64,000 bases of DNA from an uncultured Verrucomicrobiae bacterium (GTDB lineage: Bacteria; Verrucomicrobiota; Verrucomicrobiia; Limisphaerales; UBA11358). The stretch is from positions 1,232,418-1,296,417 of the forward strand of contig CAWDIX010000002.1 of NCBI GenBank assembly GCA_963802515.1, written 5' to 3'. A program made the translations under genes and the position numbers. Below the pieces are notes generated by a model, which worked only from the letters and a program-made list of their open reading frames with translations, was not told the origin of the DNA and did not search any database. Every line of letters begins with the position of its first letter. The stretch's first letter is position 1. Below are positions 38,566-48,277 of the stretch, piece after piece.

Positions 38566-41073
38566 ATGAACCAACCCGCCAACAGCGCTGAAAATGTGTT
38601 CGCCCGGGCAATCGAACTGTGCCCCGGCACTGCCCGCGACAAATTCGTGGCGGCGGAGTGCGCCAGCGACCCCGCGCTCCGGCGCGAAGTGGAAAGTCTC
38701 CTCCACGCGCATGACGAAGCCGGGGACTTTTTGCTCGAACGCACCGGGCGAACGATGCATTTGTCTTCGCCGGCAGCCGTCCCTTCACTTCAGCGCACGA
38801 CGGTCATTCATGCGGCGGCTCAGGCGGAAGCCTTCTTGCGTGACGCCGGCGATGGCGCGAGCAGACGGGTTGAAGCTTATATCGCAACGCTGCCGAAAGC
38901 AGTCCAACAGGAAGGCCGCGAACGCATCGAAGCCGGCCTGCGCGTGCGACGACTGCGCACCCGGACGGAACCTCCCTCCGCCGGGCGTGAAGAACCGCCG
39001 CCGAACCTGCCTGGCTTTCGCATCGAACGCAAACTCGGCGAAGGCAGTCTCGGGGTGGTTTATGCCGCGCACGACGAGAAACTCAACCGGCGCGTCGCCA
39101 TCAAAGTCCTGCGCCGACGCGCAGAGGAGCCGGTCCGCCGCCGCGTGCTCGACGAGGCTCGCAAAGCCGCCGCGCTTGGCGACCCGGCCATCGTGACGAT
39201 TTTTTCGGTGCTGGATGAAACCGATCCGCCGGCGATAGTGATGGAGCTGGTCGAAGGGTTCCCTCTGGACCGCTTTGCGGAACGGCTTAACTTTCTGCAA
39301 AAGGCGCAACTGCTGCGCGAAGTGGCGCGCGGCCTGGCCGTCGCCCACGAACGCGGTCTGGTCCATCGTGACCTCAAGCCGGACAACGTCATCGTCGGTC
39401 CTGACATGCGCCCGCGGATTCTGGACTTTGGTCTGGCGTTGTCGTTGGAGGAAGCCGGCCGGCAGGGAGGCGGGTTTGAAGGTACGCCGCTTTACGCCTC
39501 GCCGGAACAGGTGCGGGGCCGGTCGCTCACCGCGGCGTCGGACGTGTTCTCGTTCGGCAGTTTGATGTTCAAGGTGCTGACTGGCCGGCCGCCGTTTGCG
39601 GGTGAAACGGCCGGCCAGGTGCTCGAAGGGATTGCAACCACCGCGCCGCCATTTTTGCGCGAGGTGGCGGTGGGCGCGCCGGAAGATTTGCAGGCCGTCT
39701 GTCTGGCGTGCCTGGCCTGGGATCCGGCGGACCGCCCCACGGCGTCGGAAATCGCGCTGGAACTGGGCCGCTTCCTCGTGGGCGAACCGGTGCGGCTCAG
39801 ACCGAAGCTCTACGACGACCTGCTCCGGCGAAGCATCAGCGAATACTCCGGGCAGGCCCGCGCCTGGGCAAGCCAGAGCATCATTTCGCGCGAGGAACGC
39901 GATGCGCTGGAGATCGTCCACCGCCGGCTGCTCGCGGATGAAGACCATTGGATCATTGACGCGCGGCGAATCACGCCCTTGCAAACGATTCTTTCCGGCG
40001 CCACCTGGCTGGCGGTCGTGGCGACGGTGCTGACGGTCTGGATGTTGCGGACCGAACTGGAACCGCCCTGGCGCTGGCTGTTGCCGGTGTATTTTACGGC
40101 AATTCTTTTGCTGGCCGGTCAGGCCGCGCGCCGGGAACGCGAGCCGCTTGCAGCGGCCACATTTCTGGCCGGCGCAGCCCTGGCCATCGCGCCCTGCACA
40201 CTTTCGATGCTGGCGGAACTGCACGCCTTCGCCACGCCGCCGCCAGGGGTTAAGCAACTTTTTACCGGGACCTTCACAAATCAACAGGTGCTGGCGGCAT
40301 CCTGTACCGCGCTGGCGGTTTCGGCATTTGGTTTGTGGCGGCTGAAAATGACCGGTTTCGCATGGACCACCGCCACCCTGGCTACCACCAGTTATGTGAG
40401 CTTGCTGTTGTGTTTCAACTGGCTGGACAAAAAATCGGAAATTCAGGCGTTGTGGTGCCTGCCGCTGACGGCGCTGGAACCGGTGGCGCTCATGCTGGAA
40501 CGAAACGGCCGCGTTCGCTGGACACTGCCATTTCATCTGGTGGCCCTCCTGGCACTTGTGGTCGGCCTGGATGTCGTCGCACTGAACGGTCCCACGCTGA
40601 AGATGCTGGGCGTGGACAGCACGCACTGGCCATATTTTGATCAACAGCGATTGGAGGCGTTTTCAATTGTGTTGAACGGCCTGTTTTTTCTGCTGCTCAT
40701 GCTGCTCACGGAGCGTTCGGCGAGCCTGGATTTGCGGCGCGCGGGCAAGCTGCTGGAGGTGCTGGCGATCGTCCACACATTGAGCGCGCTCTTCATCAAC
40801 GCGATGGGCCACCGCAATGATGCCCACGTTCGCGTGGATGTGTGGCTTTATCTCGTCGCGGCGGCAGTGTTCATGGTGCTCGCGCCGTTCCGTTCGCGCT
40901 GGCGGCTGCTGGTGGGCGGGTTGGCGGGCTGCGGATTGGGAAGCTACCTGCTCGTGGAACTGGAAATCGTGGATCGCAAACCGTTCATCATCGGCCTGGG
41001 TTTTACCGGGCTGCTGGTGGCGCTGGGAACGTTCGCTTATGTGCGGCGGCGGGCGCAGGCAAAACGGAGATAG
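38566..41073 (+). CDS. Ser/Thr protein kinase with C-terminal multi-pass membrane domain
   Basis: LGEGSLG, VAIK, HRDLKPDN, DFG and GTPLYASPE, then about 11 TM segments. Confidence 0.92.
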   Translation: MNQPANSAENVFARAIELCPGTARDKFVAAECASDPALRREVESLLHAHDEAGDFLLERTGRTMHLSSPAAVPSLQRTTVIHAAAQAEAFLRDAGDGASRRVEAYIATLPKAVQQEGRERIEAGLRVRRLRTRTEPPSAGREEPPPNLPGFRIERKLGEGSLGVVYAAHDEKLNRRVAIKVLRRRAEEPVRRRVLDEARKAAALGDPAIVTIFSVLDETDPPAIVMELVEGFPLDRFAERLNFLQKAQLLREVARGLAVAHERGLVHRDLKPDNVIVGPDMRPRILDFGLALSLEEAGRQGGGFEGTPLYASPEQVRGRSLTAASDVFSFGSLMFKVLTGRPPFAGETAGQVLEGIATTAPPFLREVAVGAPEDLQAVCLACLAWDPADRPTASEIALELGRFLVGEPVRLRPKLYDDLLRRSISEYSGQARAWASQSIISREERDALEIVHRRLLADEDHWIIDARRITPLQTILSGATWLAVVATVLTVWMLRTELEPPWRWLLPVYFTAILLLAGQAARREREPLAAATFLAGAALAIAPCTLSMLAELHAFATPPPGVKQLFTGTFTNQQVLAASCTALAVSAFGLWRLKMTGFAWTTATLATTSYVSLLLCFNWLDKKSEIQALWCLPLTALEPVALMLERNGRVRWTLPFHLVALLALVVGLDVVALNGPTLKMLGVDSTHWPYFDQQRLEAFSIVLNGLFFLLLMLLTERSASLDLRRAGKLLEVLAIVHTLSALFINAMGHRNDAHVRVDVWLYLVAAAVFMVLAPFRSRWRLLVGGLAGCGLGSYLLVELEIVDRKPFIIGLGFTGLLVALGTFAYVRRRAQAKRR

Positions 41074-41145
41074 CTGACCGGGGCAAAAATGTCGAACTCT
41101 GAACATCGAATTTGTTACTGATTCGCCATCAAAACGGCGCGAATC

Positions 41146-41334
41146 CCCCTCACCCGGACTTCGTCCACCCTCTCCCCCAGTGGGGGGAGGGATGGGGTGA
41201 GTGGGAATTCGTAGCACATTGAACGCACTTCGGTATGAGACAGCGGCGTAGCGGCGACCCGGCAGAACGCCGCAAACCTGCCTTCCTACGGCAACGTGAG
41301 ATTGATGGCGGCGTTCTGCCGAAAGCCGCTATGC
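41146..41334. repeat. Two adjacent palindromic elements between the kinase and the ECF gene
   Basis: CCCCTCACCC...GGGGTGAGTGG (41146-41204) and GCGTAGCGGC..CGGCAGAACGCCGC / GCGGCGTTCTGCCG..GCCGCTATGC (41246-41334). Confidence 0.7.
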
Positions 41335-41889
41335 GTTATTGATTTCGCGGTAAAGCCACGCCCGCGCGTAGGCCCAATGACGTTTTGCCGTGGGTTCCGA
41401 AAGTTTGAGCACGTGGGCGGCTTCTTCGATCGTCAGGCCGGCGAAAAATCTCAGCTTCACCAGTTCCGCCTTGACCGCGTCATGCGCCGCCAGATGATCC
41501 AATGCCTCGTGAACAGCCAGCAACTGGTCGTCGTCCATGCCGCCTGCAAGTCCCAGGCTGTCGAGATCGAGATTCACGCGTTCGGCCTGGCCGCCGTGGC
41601 GCAGAGCCGATTTACGCCGCGCATTGTCAATCAGGATGCGGCGCATGGCTTCGGCGGCAGCGGCGAAGAAATGGGCGCGGTTTTGCCACGTCGGCTGCTG
41701 GTCGCCACCGAGGCGGAGCCAGGCCTCATGGACGAGGGCCGTTGCCTGAAGCGTCTGGCCGGGATTCTCATGTGACATCTTTTGCGCGGCGAGTTTGCGC
41801 AGTTCGTCGTAAACCAGAGGAAGGAGCCGGGTGGCAGCCTCGGAATCGCCCCGCTCGATTTGCTGCAGCATGACTGTGAAATCACTCAC
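41329..41889 (-). CDS. ECF sigma factor (TIGR02999-like)
   Basis: LLPLVYDELRKLAA, TLQATALVHEAWLRL, AMRRILID and WAYARAWL; GTG at 41889. Confidence 0.92.
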   Translation of the reverse strand: MSDFTVMLQQIERGDSEAATRLLPLVYDELRKLAAQKMSHENPGQTLQATALVHEAWLRLGGDQQPTWQNRAHFFAAAAEAMRRILIDNARRKSALRHGGQAERVNLDLDSLGLAGGMDDDQLLAVHEALDHLAAHDAVKAELVKLRFFAGLTIEEAAHVLKLSEPTAKRHWAYARAWLYREINNA

Positions 41890-41993
41890 GGGAAGATGAA
41901 TACCGGATATCGCAGCGTTAATGAAGACCGGAATCCAAACTGGTGAACCAGGATGGCTTTCTGCGAAGCCAGCATCAAGGTCCTGACTTTCGA

Positions 41994-42911
41994 TCATTGA
42001 TCGTCTATCGGCGGCAAATCCGCCAGGGTGCCGGCCAACGTATCCATCAGGATATCCGCGTCGCGCAGATCCTTGCGTTTGAAATCCTCCCGATTGAGCC
42101 AGAGCACTTCGCGCGTGTGGACATCCACCAGCGCGATGCTGTGCTGAAGGGAATTGCTCGAATGCCAGAAGGGATCCACCCAGATGGGGACCGGGGCGGA
42201 ACCCGCGCCGGACAACACGGCCACCGCCACCACCGCCAGGTTGACTCCCACTTCGGTGGTGGCGATCAATCCGCCGCCCGTCCAATTCCATACCGTGCGC
42301 CTGGTATGTTTGTGCTGCGATTCGAAAAACGCCTTGGTGTCCACCAGCAAAACCGCCTCCGCGTTGGTCGCGCCACAGCGGGCCAGCACATTGGTGAGGG
42401 AAGGAGTCATCCGGTAATGAAACGGATTATGCTCAAATCTGGCGTCGTCCCAGGTCGCCAAGCAGCGAAAAAAACCGGGCGTGGTGTTGGTCCGGAACGT
42501 CAGCGGCTCGCCACTGGCAGTGAGGGAATATTGCCCCGGCAAATTCTGACAGAAATCAATCCGGACGGCTTCGAGGAGCGGCCCGATTTCCGCCGCCGGC
42601 CGGGCCAGTATTTCACCGGTGTGTAAAATCTGAACCCGCCCGACCACTTCATAACCCTTCGACCGGAGTTCCTGTTGGACCGCGCTGGCCAGGACTTCGC
42701 CAGCCTGCCGGCAAAGCGTTTCCAAATCGTTGGTGGTGAGTGAATGGTCAATACTGCCCGCCCCCTCAAACCACACCGGCAGGATTTGCACCTGCCGATA
42801 GTCTGCGGGATGCGCCATGAACCGTTCGTCCACCGTTCGAAACGTCGTCCTGCAACCGGAAACCAACCCGGCCAGAACCAGCAAAACAACTGGATAGATG
42901 CACCTTTTCAC
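41994..42911 (-). CDS. Hypothetical lipoprotein
   Basis: Lipobox LVSGC; ALVDVHTREVLW motif. Confidence 0.75.
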   Translation of the reverse strand: MKRCIYPVVLLVLAGLVSGCRTTFRTVDERFMAHPADYRQVQILPVWFEGAGSIDHSLTTNDLETLCRQAGEVLASAVQQELRSKGYEVVGRVQILHTGEILARPAAEIGPLLEAVRIDFCQNLPGQYSLTASGEPLTFRTNTTPGFFRCLATWDDARFEHNPFHYRMTPSLTNVLARCGATNAEAVLLVDTKAFFESQHKHTRRTVWNWTGGGLIATTEVGVNLAVVAVAVLSGAGSAPVPIWVDPFWHSSNSLQHSIALVDVHTREVLWLNREDFKRKDLRDADILMDTLAGTLADLPPIDDQ

Positions 42912-43609
42912 GGTTTTTGTTTTGGATACGTGTTGAATAGATTTTGAACGGTATCAGCGGGCTTGATCTTTTCAAAATCGTCAAAAGAGTCGGCAGTTGC
43001 CCACAATACGTCTCCGGTTTCTCCATCAACCAGCGTTATTTGCACGACAGCGTCTTGCCAAGCAATCCCCAGGCCTCCTCCTCCGGTCACTCGCCCTCCG
43101 GCTACGGCTGCGGCCAAGAGCGCCATATCTCCCAAAACAGCAAATAAATTTTGTGCCGTGGTCACTTTTTGCCGGTGCCGAGTGCTTTTATAGACTGTGG
43201 CATCCAGAAAAATCAGGCCGTCCACGTTCATATTATTTGCGAGCGTCTTCGCGTCCGGTCGCGTTGCTTTGGAGGGCACCGTTGAACAGGCTTGTTGAAT
43301 CATGAGGCCATTCCAGATCTGGTTTGTGCCATCGGGAAACGCGCCTTCTTTGACCACAAAACTGTGGCGCTGCAACTGATCAATCGTCGAAGCGATCAAC
43401 TCTGACCGGATTTGCTGTTCTTCCGGAAGCGGCGCAGGAAAAGGATCCTTCCCGAAATAAGTGCTTAGCATTGCCGTATGGACCTGCGGCAAAAGCCCGA
43501 CGCTGTGGATTCGGGCGACCCGTTCGGGAAATTGTTTATGCGTGAACGTGTTTGTCTGGCAGCCGGTCAATAGAACCGCCAGTAACAAAAGTGGGACGAT
43601 TTGTTTCAT
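42908..43609 (-). CDS. Hypothetical lipoprotein
   Basis: Lipobox LLTGC; TLVDGETGDVLW motif. Confidence 0.78.
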   Translation of the reverse strand: MKQIVPLLLLAVLLTGCQTNTFTHKQFPERVARIHSVGLLPQVHTAMLSTYFGKDPFPAPLPEEQQIRSELIASTIDQLQRHSFVVKEGAFPDGTNQIWNGLMIQQACSTVPSKATRPDAKTLANNMNVDGLIFLDATVYKSTRHRQKVTTAQNLFAVLGDMALLAAAVAGGRVTGGGGLGIAWQDAVVQITLVDGETGDVLWATADSFDDFEKIKPADTVQNLFNTYPKQKP

Positions 43610-43633
43610 GTCATCTGCTCTGCTTGACGCCCT

Positions 43634-44506
43634 TTATTCTCCAACCTTCGGCAACGGCCCCAGCAAGGCGCGCACGGCGCGGCGAGGGTTCTCAGAACTG
43701 TGCGGGCGATACCTGTGGTAAATGATTTCATGAGTGCGTGAATCAAAAACGTAGAGGCTGTAACCAATTGAAGCGACCGGTTGCGTGTATGGACCAAACA
43801 ACACTTCGTCACGCTTGCCGGCCTCGAGCACTCTCCCCAATAATTCAGGGTCGCCACCGGCAACCGCGAGTATTCCCAACATCGTCAAGGCTCCATTCTT
43901 GGCGGCGCGCGGCATGGGTTTGACCGGCGGGGCAGAGTCCAGCCAGCGTTCCACCAGCACCACGGCATCCACTTCCGGCGGTCCCGGTTTTTCCTGCAAC
44001 AACCGCAGACTGGAAACGAATCCGCAAGCGTGTAAAGCGTTCGTTTCCCCGCAGTCGGCGCGAATCCGTTCGAGGTCAAACTGCTGCCGCAGAACCCCGC
44101 TGACGGCCAGGTCCAGTTCGCACCAGTCATTCTCGTCGCACAAGACACGCACGGGGCCGACCACCTGGTAACCCTTGCGGGCAAGTTGGTTGGTCAGCGC
44201 AAACGCCAACTGTGTTCCGATCTGGTGGCGGCTGGCTTCTGAAGCCACGGGCGTGGCCCTGTAATCGGCAGAGAAAGAACCATCAATGCAAATTGGCAGA
44301 ATCGCCAGGTGGCAATAAGGTTCCGGAAGCGATGCCGAATGCGAGTTGGGATCATGCGTCCTGCATCCCGCAGGGACCAGAATCAACAACGACAGAAGGG
44401 AACCGCAGAGCAGGTTCCGGCTGGCGCCGCCCCCGGTCCGTCTGCTAAAAGTCAGTTGCCGCTGAATCCCGGCGGCGCGAAAGTTATCGATGCCGGCGTG
44501 TTTCAT
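43634..44506 (-). CDS. Hypothetical lipoprotein
   Basis: GGAG RBS before ATG at 44506; lipobox-like VPAGC; LARKGYQVVG resembles LRSKGYEVVG of the 41994 ORF. Confidence 0.7.
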   Translation of the reverse strand: MKHAGIDNFRAAGIQRQLTFSRRTGGGASRNLLCGSLLSLLILVPAGCRTHDPNSHSASLPEPYCHLAILPICIDGSFSADYRATPVASEASRHQIGTQLAFALTNQLARKGYQVVGPVRVLCDENDWCELDLAVSGVLRQQFDLERIRADCGETNALHACGFVSSLRLLQEKPGPPEVDAVVLVERWLDSAPPVKPMPRAAKNGALTMLGILAVAGGDPELLGRVLEAGKRDEVLFGPYTQPVASIGYSLYVFDSRTHEIIYHRYRPHSSENPRRAVRALLGPLPKVGE

Positions 44507-44605
44507 TTTTTCTCCGGGTTGGGTTGTCGTTTTGAACCGAACCATTTTGACAATCACTCAAATTCCGCGCGGCCGGCACGGGCTCCGGCCGCGCGACCCG
44601 TCGGT

Positions 44606-45787
44606 TTACCGGAGCGTGAATTCGGCAGTCACGGCCGCGTGATCCGACGCCCACAGTGGCGGTTCCTCCCGGCCCAGCCACAAATCCAAAACGTCCGAAT
44701 GGATCGGCATGAAATCGCTACCGCGATAAAAAACGAGGTCAATTCGCCGGTTGAACGGCGCGCTGGGATCGGCGAGCAGTTCGTCGTGTCCCCAGGTCAA
44801 ACCGCCGGCGGGATTGCGCCGGTGCGTGTCGGCCCACGCATCGCGAAAACCGGCGCGTACAAATTTGTCATAGGCTGTCGAGCCGTCGCGATGGAGCGGA
44901 TCGGCGTTGAAGTCCCCGCAAATCATCACTGGCGCGCACACTTTGGCCGGGCCGGACAGGAGTTCTTTTGCCTGGAGCAATTGAATTTGTGGCGCGGTTT
45001 CCTCTTCGAGGTGCGCGCAGATGTAACGGAAAACTTGTCCGCGAGCGCACACGTCCACCGAACACCAGCCACGCGTCAGTGACAATCCGATGGACGGAAA
45101 CTCGATCACGTTCGCGAAGTTGCCGTCCTGCGGATTCGAGACGCGAAGTTGGCCACGGGGCAAATCGGTTCGCACCAGGATGGCTTCCCGGTCCGTCTGG
45201 CGGACGTCATCAATGGCGCCAGTTTGCAGATTGAACATCGGCATTTCCACGTCCCACTCGTCCGAGGTGGAGGCGACGGCATAATGCGCGCCGCGCGCTG
45301 CGAGCGCATCCACCAGGATTTGCACGTAATCAAACACGACATTCGTGGCCGGGCTGGTGCCGCCGACGATCAAATCGCCCGGCGATTGATTGCGGAGCAA
45401 AGTCGCCTCCTCGACGGCCACGATGTCTGGCATTCTTGCCGTGATGGCGTCAGCGACACCTCCCAAACGAACGTCCGGCTGCGAAGCTGTAATTTCGTAA
45501 TACACGCCCGTCACCGTGCTGACCAGCTTTGTGAGGTAATCGGGATCTGTGGGATCCAGTGCCACGACCCGATTAATCCCGCCGCCGATGTAAAGGTTGA
45601 CGGTCATGGTTTCGATGCCACGCTTGCCGCCCGCGCAAACCGGCCCGGCCACGGCCGGTATGGCCGACGCCAGCAATGCCACTGCCAGCAGCGCGCCGAC
45701 CATGCGGCACCACGTTTCGTTGACTGCGCGCTGGAACAGGCATCCGGTTGGATTCTTTAAGCCTCTGCACTTTTCAATCGTTTTCAT
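44606..45787 (-). CDS. Secreted endonuclease/exonuclease/phosphatase (EEP) family protein
   Basis: MTVNL, AHLE, GDFN, RIDLVF and ASDHAAV; hydrophobic leader. Confidence 0.88.
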   Translation of the reverse strand: MKTIEKCRGLKNPTGCLFQRAVNETWCRMVGALLAVALLASAIPAVAGPVCAGGKRGIETMTVNLYIGGGINRVVALDPTDPDYLTKLVSTVTGVYYEITASQPDVRLGGVADAITARMPDIVAVEEATLLRNQSPGDLIVGGTSPATNVVFDYVQILVDALAARGAHYAVASTSDEWDVEMPMFNLQTGAIDDVRQTDREAILVRTDLPRGQLRVSNPQDGNFANVIEFPSIGLSLTRGWCSVDVCARGQVFRYICAHLEEETAPQIQLLQAKELLSGPAKVCAPVMICGDFNADPLHRDGSTAYDKFVRAGFRDAWADTHRRNPAGGLTWGHDELLADPSAPFNRRIDLVFYRGSDFMPIHSDVLDLWLGREEPPLWASDHAAVTAEFTLR

Positions 45788-45899
45788 TATGAGTTGTCAT
45801 TTTTGCGGCAGACTTTTGTTGTCACCGGCGCCGCCACTGTCGCCTGCCGCCACCGATGATTACAACGAGTCTGTTTTTACCACCCGGGGTCGAAGGAGA

Positions 45900-45940
45900 G
45901 TTAATCGAAAAAACTAAAACGAACATCGAATAGATCATTG
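45900..45940. promoter_or_regulatory. LysR-associated 41-bp motif, copy A
   Basis: GTTAATCGAAAAAACTAAAACGAACATCGAATAGATCATTG aligns without gaps to copies B and C. Confidence 0.6.
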
Positions 45941-46034
45941 GCGGCTTATGGATGTGGCGGCAGGGCCGGAACTCGGCTGGTTATTCATCGGGCATGGGTT
46001 CTGGTTCCGCCTTTACCGGGAGACCACGGCCATT

Positions 46035-46301
46035 TCATTTTGTCCGCCGGGCATAGAATGACCGTTTCATCGCCAGCCAGATGGCATAGGCCAACACAGC
46101 AATCAGTGCATACGTTAAAGCGACGGTGATGACGCCCACGGCCTTCGCGCCGTTCTCGCCCATTCCCAGGTTTACCGCCCGGTTGCCTGCGGCAAAGCCG
46201 GTGAAGAAGATGGCGGAAGCCCAGCGCGGGATATTGAAGATATATTCCCCACCCAAGAAGAGATATGCGGAACTGCCGAAAGCACCGGCGCCCATACTCA
46301 T
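46035..46301 (-). CDS. Small membrane protein (start uncertain)
   Basis: Hydrophobic 3' part of ORF 46035-46532, downstream of the WD40 gene. Confidence 0.45.
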   Translation of the reverse strand: MSMGAGAFGSSAYLFLGGEYIFNIPRWASAIFFTGFAAGNRAVNLGMGENGAKAVGVITVALTYALIAVLAYAIWLAMKRSFYARRTK

Positions 46302-46362
46302 CACAGCGATGAGCCAAAGTTTTCCGGGCTTCCGGATTGAGTGAAGCTCGTCAGCTCGTTGA

Positions 46363-47577
46363 TTATTGGTTTTTATAGGGTTCCTTCGGCAATTCGAGCA
46401 CGACGAATTCGCCGCTGCGTCCGGCGGCGAGCCAGCGGTTGTCGTCAGAAATGGAAACGCTATACACGTAGGCAGGGCCGTCACCGAAACGCAACCGCCC
46501 GACTTCCCGGCCGGTGGCAGTTTCCCAGACACTGGCAGTGGTGTCGCCCGAACTGGACGCGAGCAGGGAACCGTCGGGCGAGAACGCCAGCGCGACCACC
46601 CAGTTCTTATGCGCGCGGAGGAGGCGCAAGCATTTCCCGGAGTCCGTGTCCCAAATGCCGATGTTACAAGGCGCGTAGCCTACAGCGCACACCTTTCCAT
46701 CACGGCTCACGGCGGTGGAAAGGGGGCCCGAGCGAAATTTCTCGTGCGTGAGTTCACGCAACATGCGCCCCGTCCCGGTGTCAAGCAGAGCGACGAGGCC
46801 CTCGCGGACCACCGCCAGGGTTTTTCCATCCCCCGCAAATGAGACGGCCTGGTAATCGCCCCGGCCGACTTTGCCGGCCCAGAGTTTTTTCCCGCTCAGG
46901 GCGTCAATCATCAGGAGTGATTCGTCTGGTTTAATCCATGCCCGGTTGCTGTCGTATTTTCCGTTGCAGGCGCAGGCCAACCGCGAACCGTCTGGACTGA
47001 CCGCCAGCGCCGTCACGGGCCAGCCTTGCCAATCAAACACTTTTCGGGCGCCCGTTGAAGCGTCTTGCCAGACAAAGAGCGAACCCCGTTGTGTCCCGGC
47101 GAAAATTTTTGCTCCGTCCTCCGATGCAGCGAGACACCGGGCCTCACCATCCAGCCCACTGAGTATGGTTTCAACTTCGCCTTTGGGCAATCGCAGCAGT
47201 TTCACCTCGCCGTTGTCTTGAGCAACGGCCACGCGGCCCGCGCCAGGCACGAACAGCAATTTGGAATTGAATGCCTCGTCCCGGGATCGGAATACTTCGC
47301 ACATGGCAAGCAGGGCGTCTTCGGTACGTTCTTTCTTCAACTCCGCGCTGCGTGTTTCCATTTCCGCCAACTCCGGGCCAAGCGCGTCGTAAAGCCGGTC
47401 AATGCGCCTCGTCTGTCCGGCCAGCTGCTCGCGGAGTTGGCGAATTTCGTCGGCTGCGTTTGTTGCCGTGGAATTCTCTGCCCCGGCAAAAACCGGCGGC
47501 GTGCCGAGTGCACCGATGACGATGCCAAGCAAACCGGCAAGCCGGCATAAATTTCTACTGGCGATCCTGATTTTCAT
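46363..47577 (-). CDS. Secreted WD40 beta-propeller protein with N-terminal coiled coil
   Basis: Signal peptide; AHKNWVVALAFSPDGSLLASSSGDTTASVWE. Confidence 0.85.
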   Translation of the reverse strand: MKIRIASRNLCRLAGLLGIVIGALGTPPVFAGAENSTATNAADEIRQLREQLAGQTRRIDRLYDALGPELAEMETRSAELKKERTEDALLAMCEVFRSRDEAFNSKLLFVPGAGRVAVAQDNGEVKLLRLPKGEVETILSGLDGEARCLAASEDGAKIFAGTQRGSLFVWQDASTGARKVFDWQGWPVTALAVSPDGSRLACACNGKYDSNRAWIKPDESLLMIDALSGKKLWAGKVGRGDYQAVSFAGDGKTLAVVREGLVALLDTGTGRMLRELTHEKFRSGPLSTAVSRDGKVCAVGYAPCNIGIWDTDSGKCLRLLRAHKNWVVALAFSPDGSLLASSSGDTTASVWETATGREVGRLRFGDGPAYVYSVSISDDNRWLAAGRSGEFVVLELPKEPYKNQ

Positions 47578-47605
47578 ATTTTTCTCCGTGCCACGTTGCG
47601 TGCGT

Positions 47606-48205
47606 TCAGTTCAGGTGCTTCAACTTCGAGGGCTCGCTCCAAGTATTCGTGTCATTGACATATTTGAGGATGAACCGCTGCAATGCCTTCGTGTCGGCGG
47701 TCAAAACGATCCGACCATGTTCGTCGCCGGGATTATCGCGCAATGTCATGTGCCGGATGGCCCGAGGATTTTTCTCCAGTAATTTGGCGAGCCAGTCGTA
47801 ATTCAGGTTGGCCGTTTCCAATCCCGGCCCGGTTTGTGCGACTTTGGACACCTGATGAACCGGCACAAAGTCCAGCGAACGGTTGGTCGGGCACGTATCG
47901 AGAAACAACTGTTGTTTCAGACGGAACAGATGCACGTCGCTGCTGTTGGTTTCACCGGTTCCCAATAACGTTACCTGATAATCCTTCTCCCCGGTCTGTT
48001 CGATCCTCGCGAATTCAGAGGGTTCATTAGTCTGGCCCGCCGCCACCCAATCGCCGAGCAGCGCCGGGTCGAAGACCAAATCTTTGTCCGTGTAATACGG
48101 GTAAATGGAGGTGACGACACAGCCGGCGAAAAACAGCATAACCGCGAACAAGGAGGCAGCAGTAAGGATGCGGGTTGCGGATTGGTTCATGGTTTGTATT
48201 TTCAT
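47606..48205 (-). CDS. Hypothetical lipoprotein (paralogue of 37054-37671)
   Basis: Lipobox FFAGC; PYYTDKDLVFD, DWLAKLLEKNP and RIVLTA. Confidence 0.8.
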   Translation of the reverse strand: MKIQTMNQSATRILTAASLFAVMLFFAGCVVTSIYPYYTDKDLVFDPALLGDWVAAGQTNEPSEFARIEQTGEKDYQVTLLGTGETNSSDVHLFRLKQQLFLDTCPTNRSLDFVPVHQVSKVAQTGPGLETANLNYDWLAKLLEKNPRAIRHMTLRDNPGDEHGRIVLTADTKALQRFILKYVNDTNTWSEPSKLKHLN

Positions 48206-48277
48206 AACTTACCTTTCTTCTATTTGCTTTCGGGACGCGAAACAATGTCACCCGCTCCCGAAATTCGCTGCGCGGTC

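Noticed and set aside
41089-41112. GAACATCGAAT as a fourth copy of the LysR motif
   Set aside because: It lacks the GTTAAT..AAAACT half and fits a degenerate heptamer repeat (TCGAACT CTGAACA TCGAATT).
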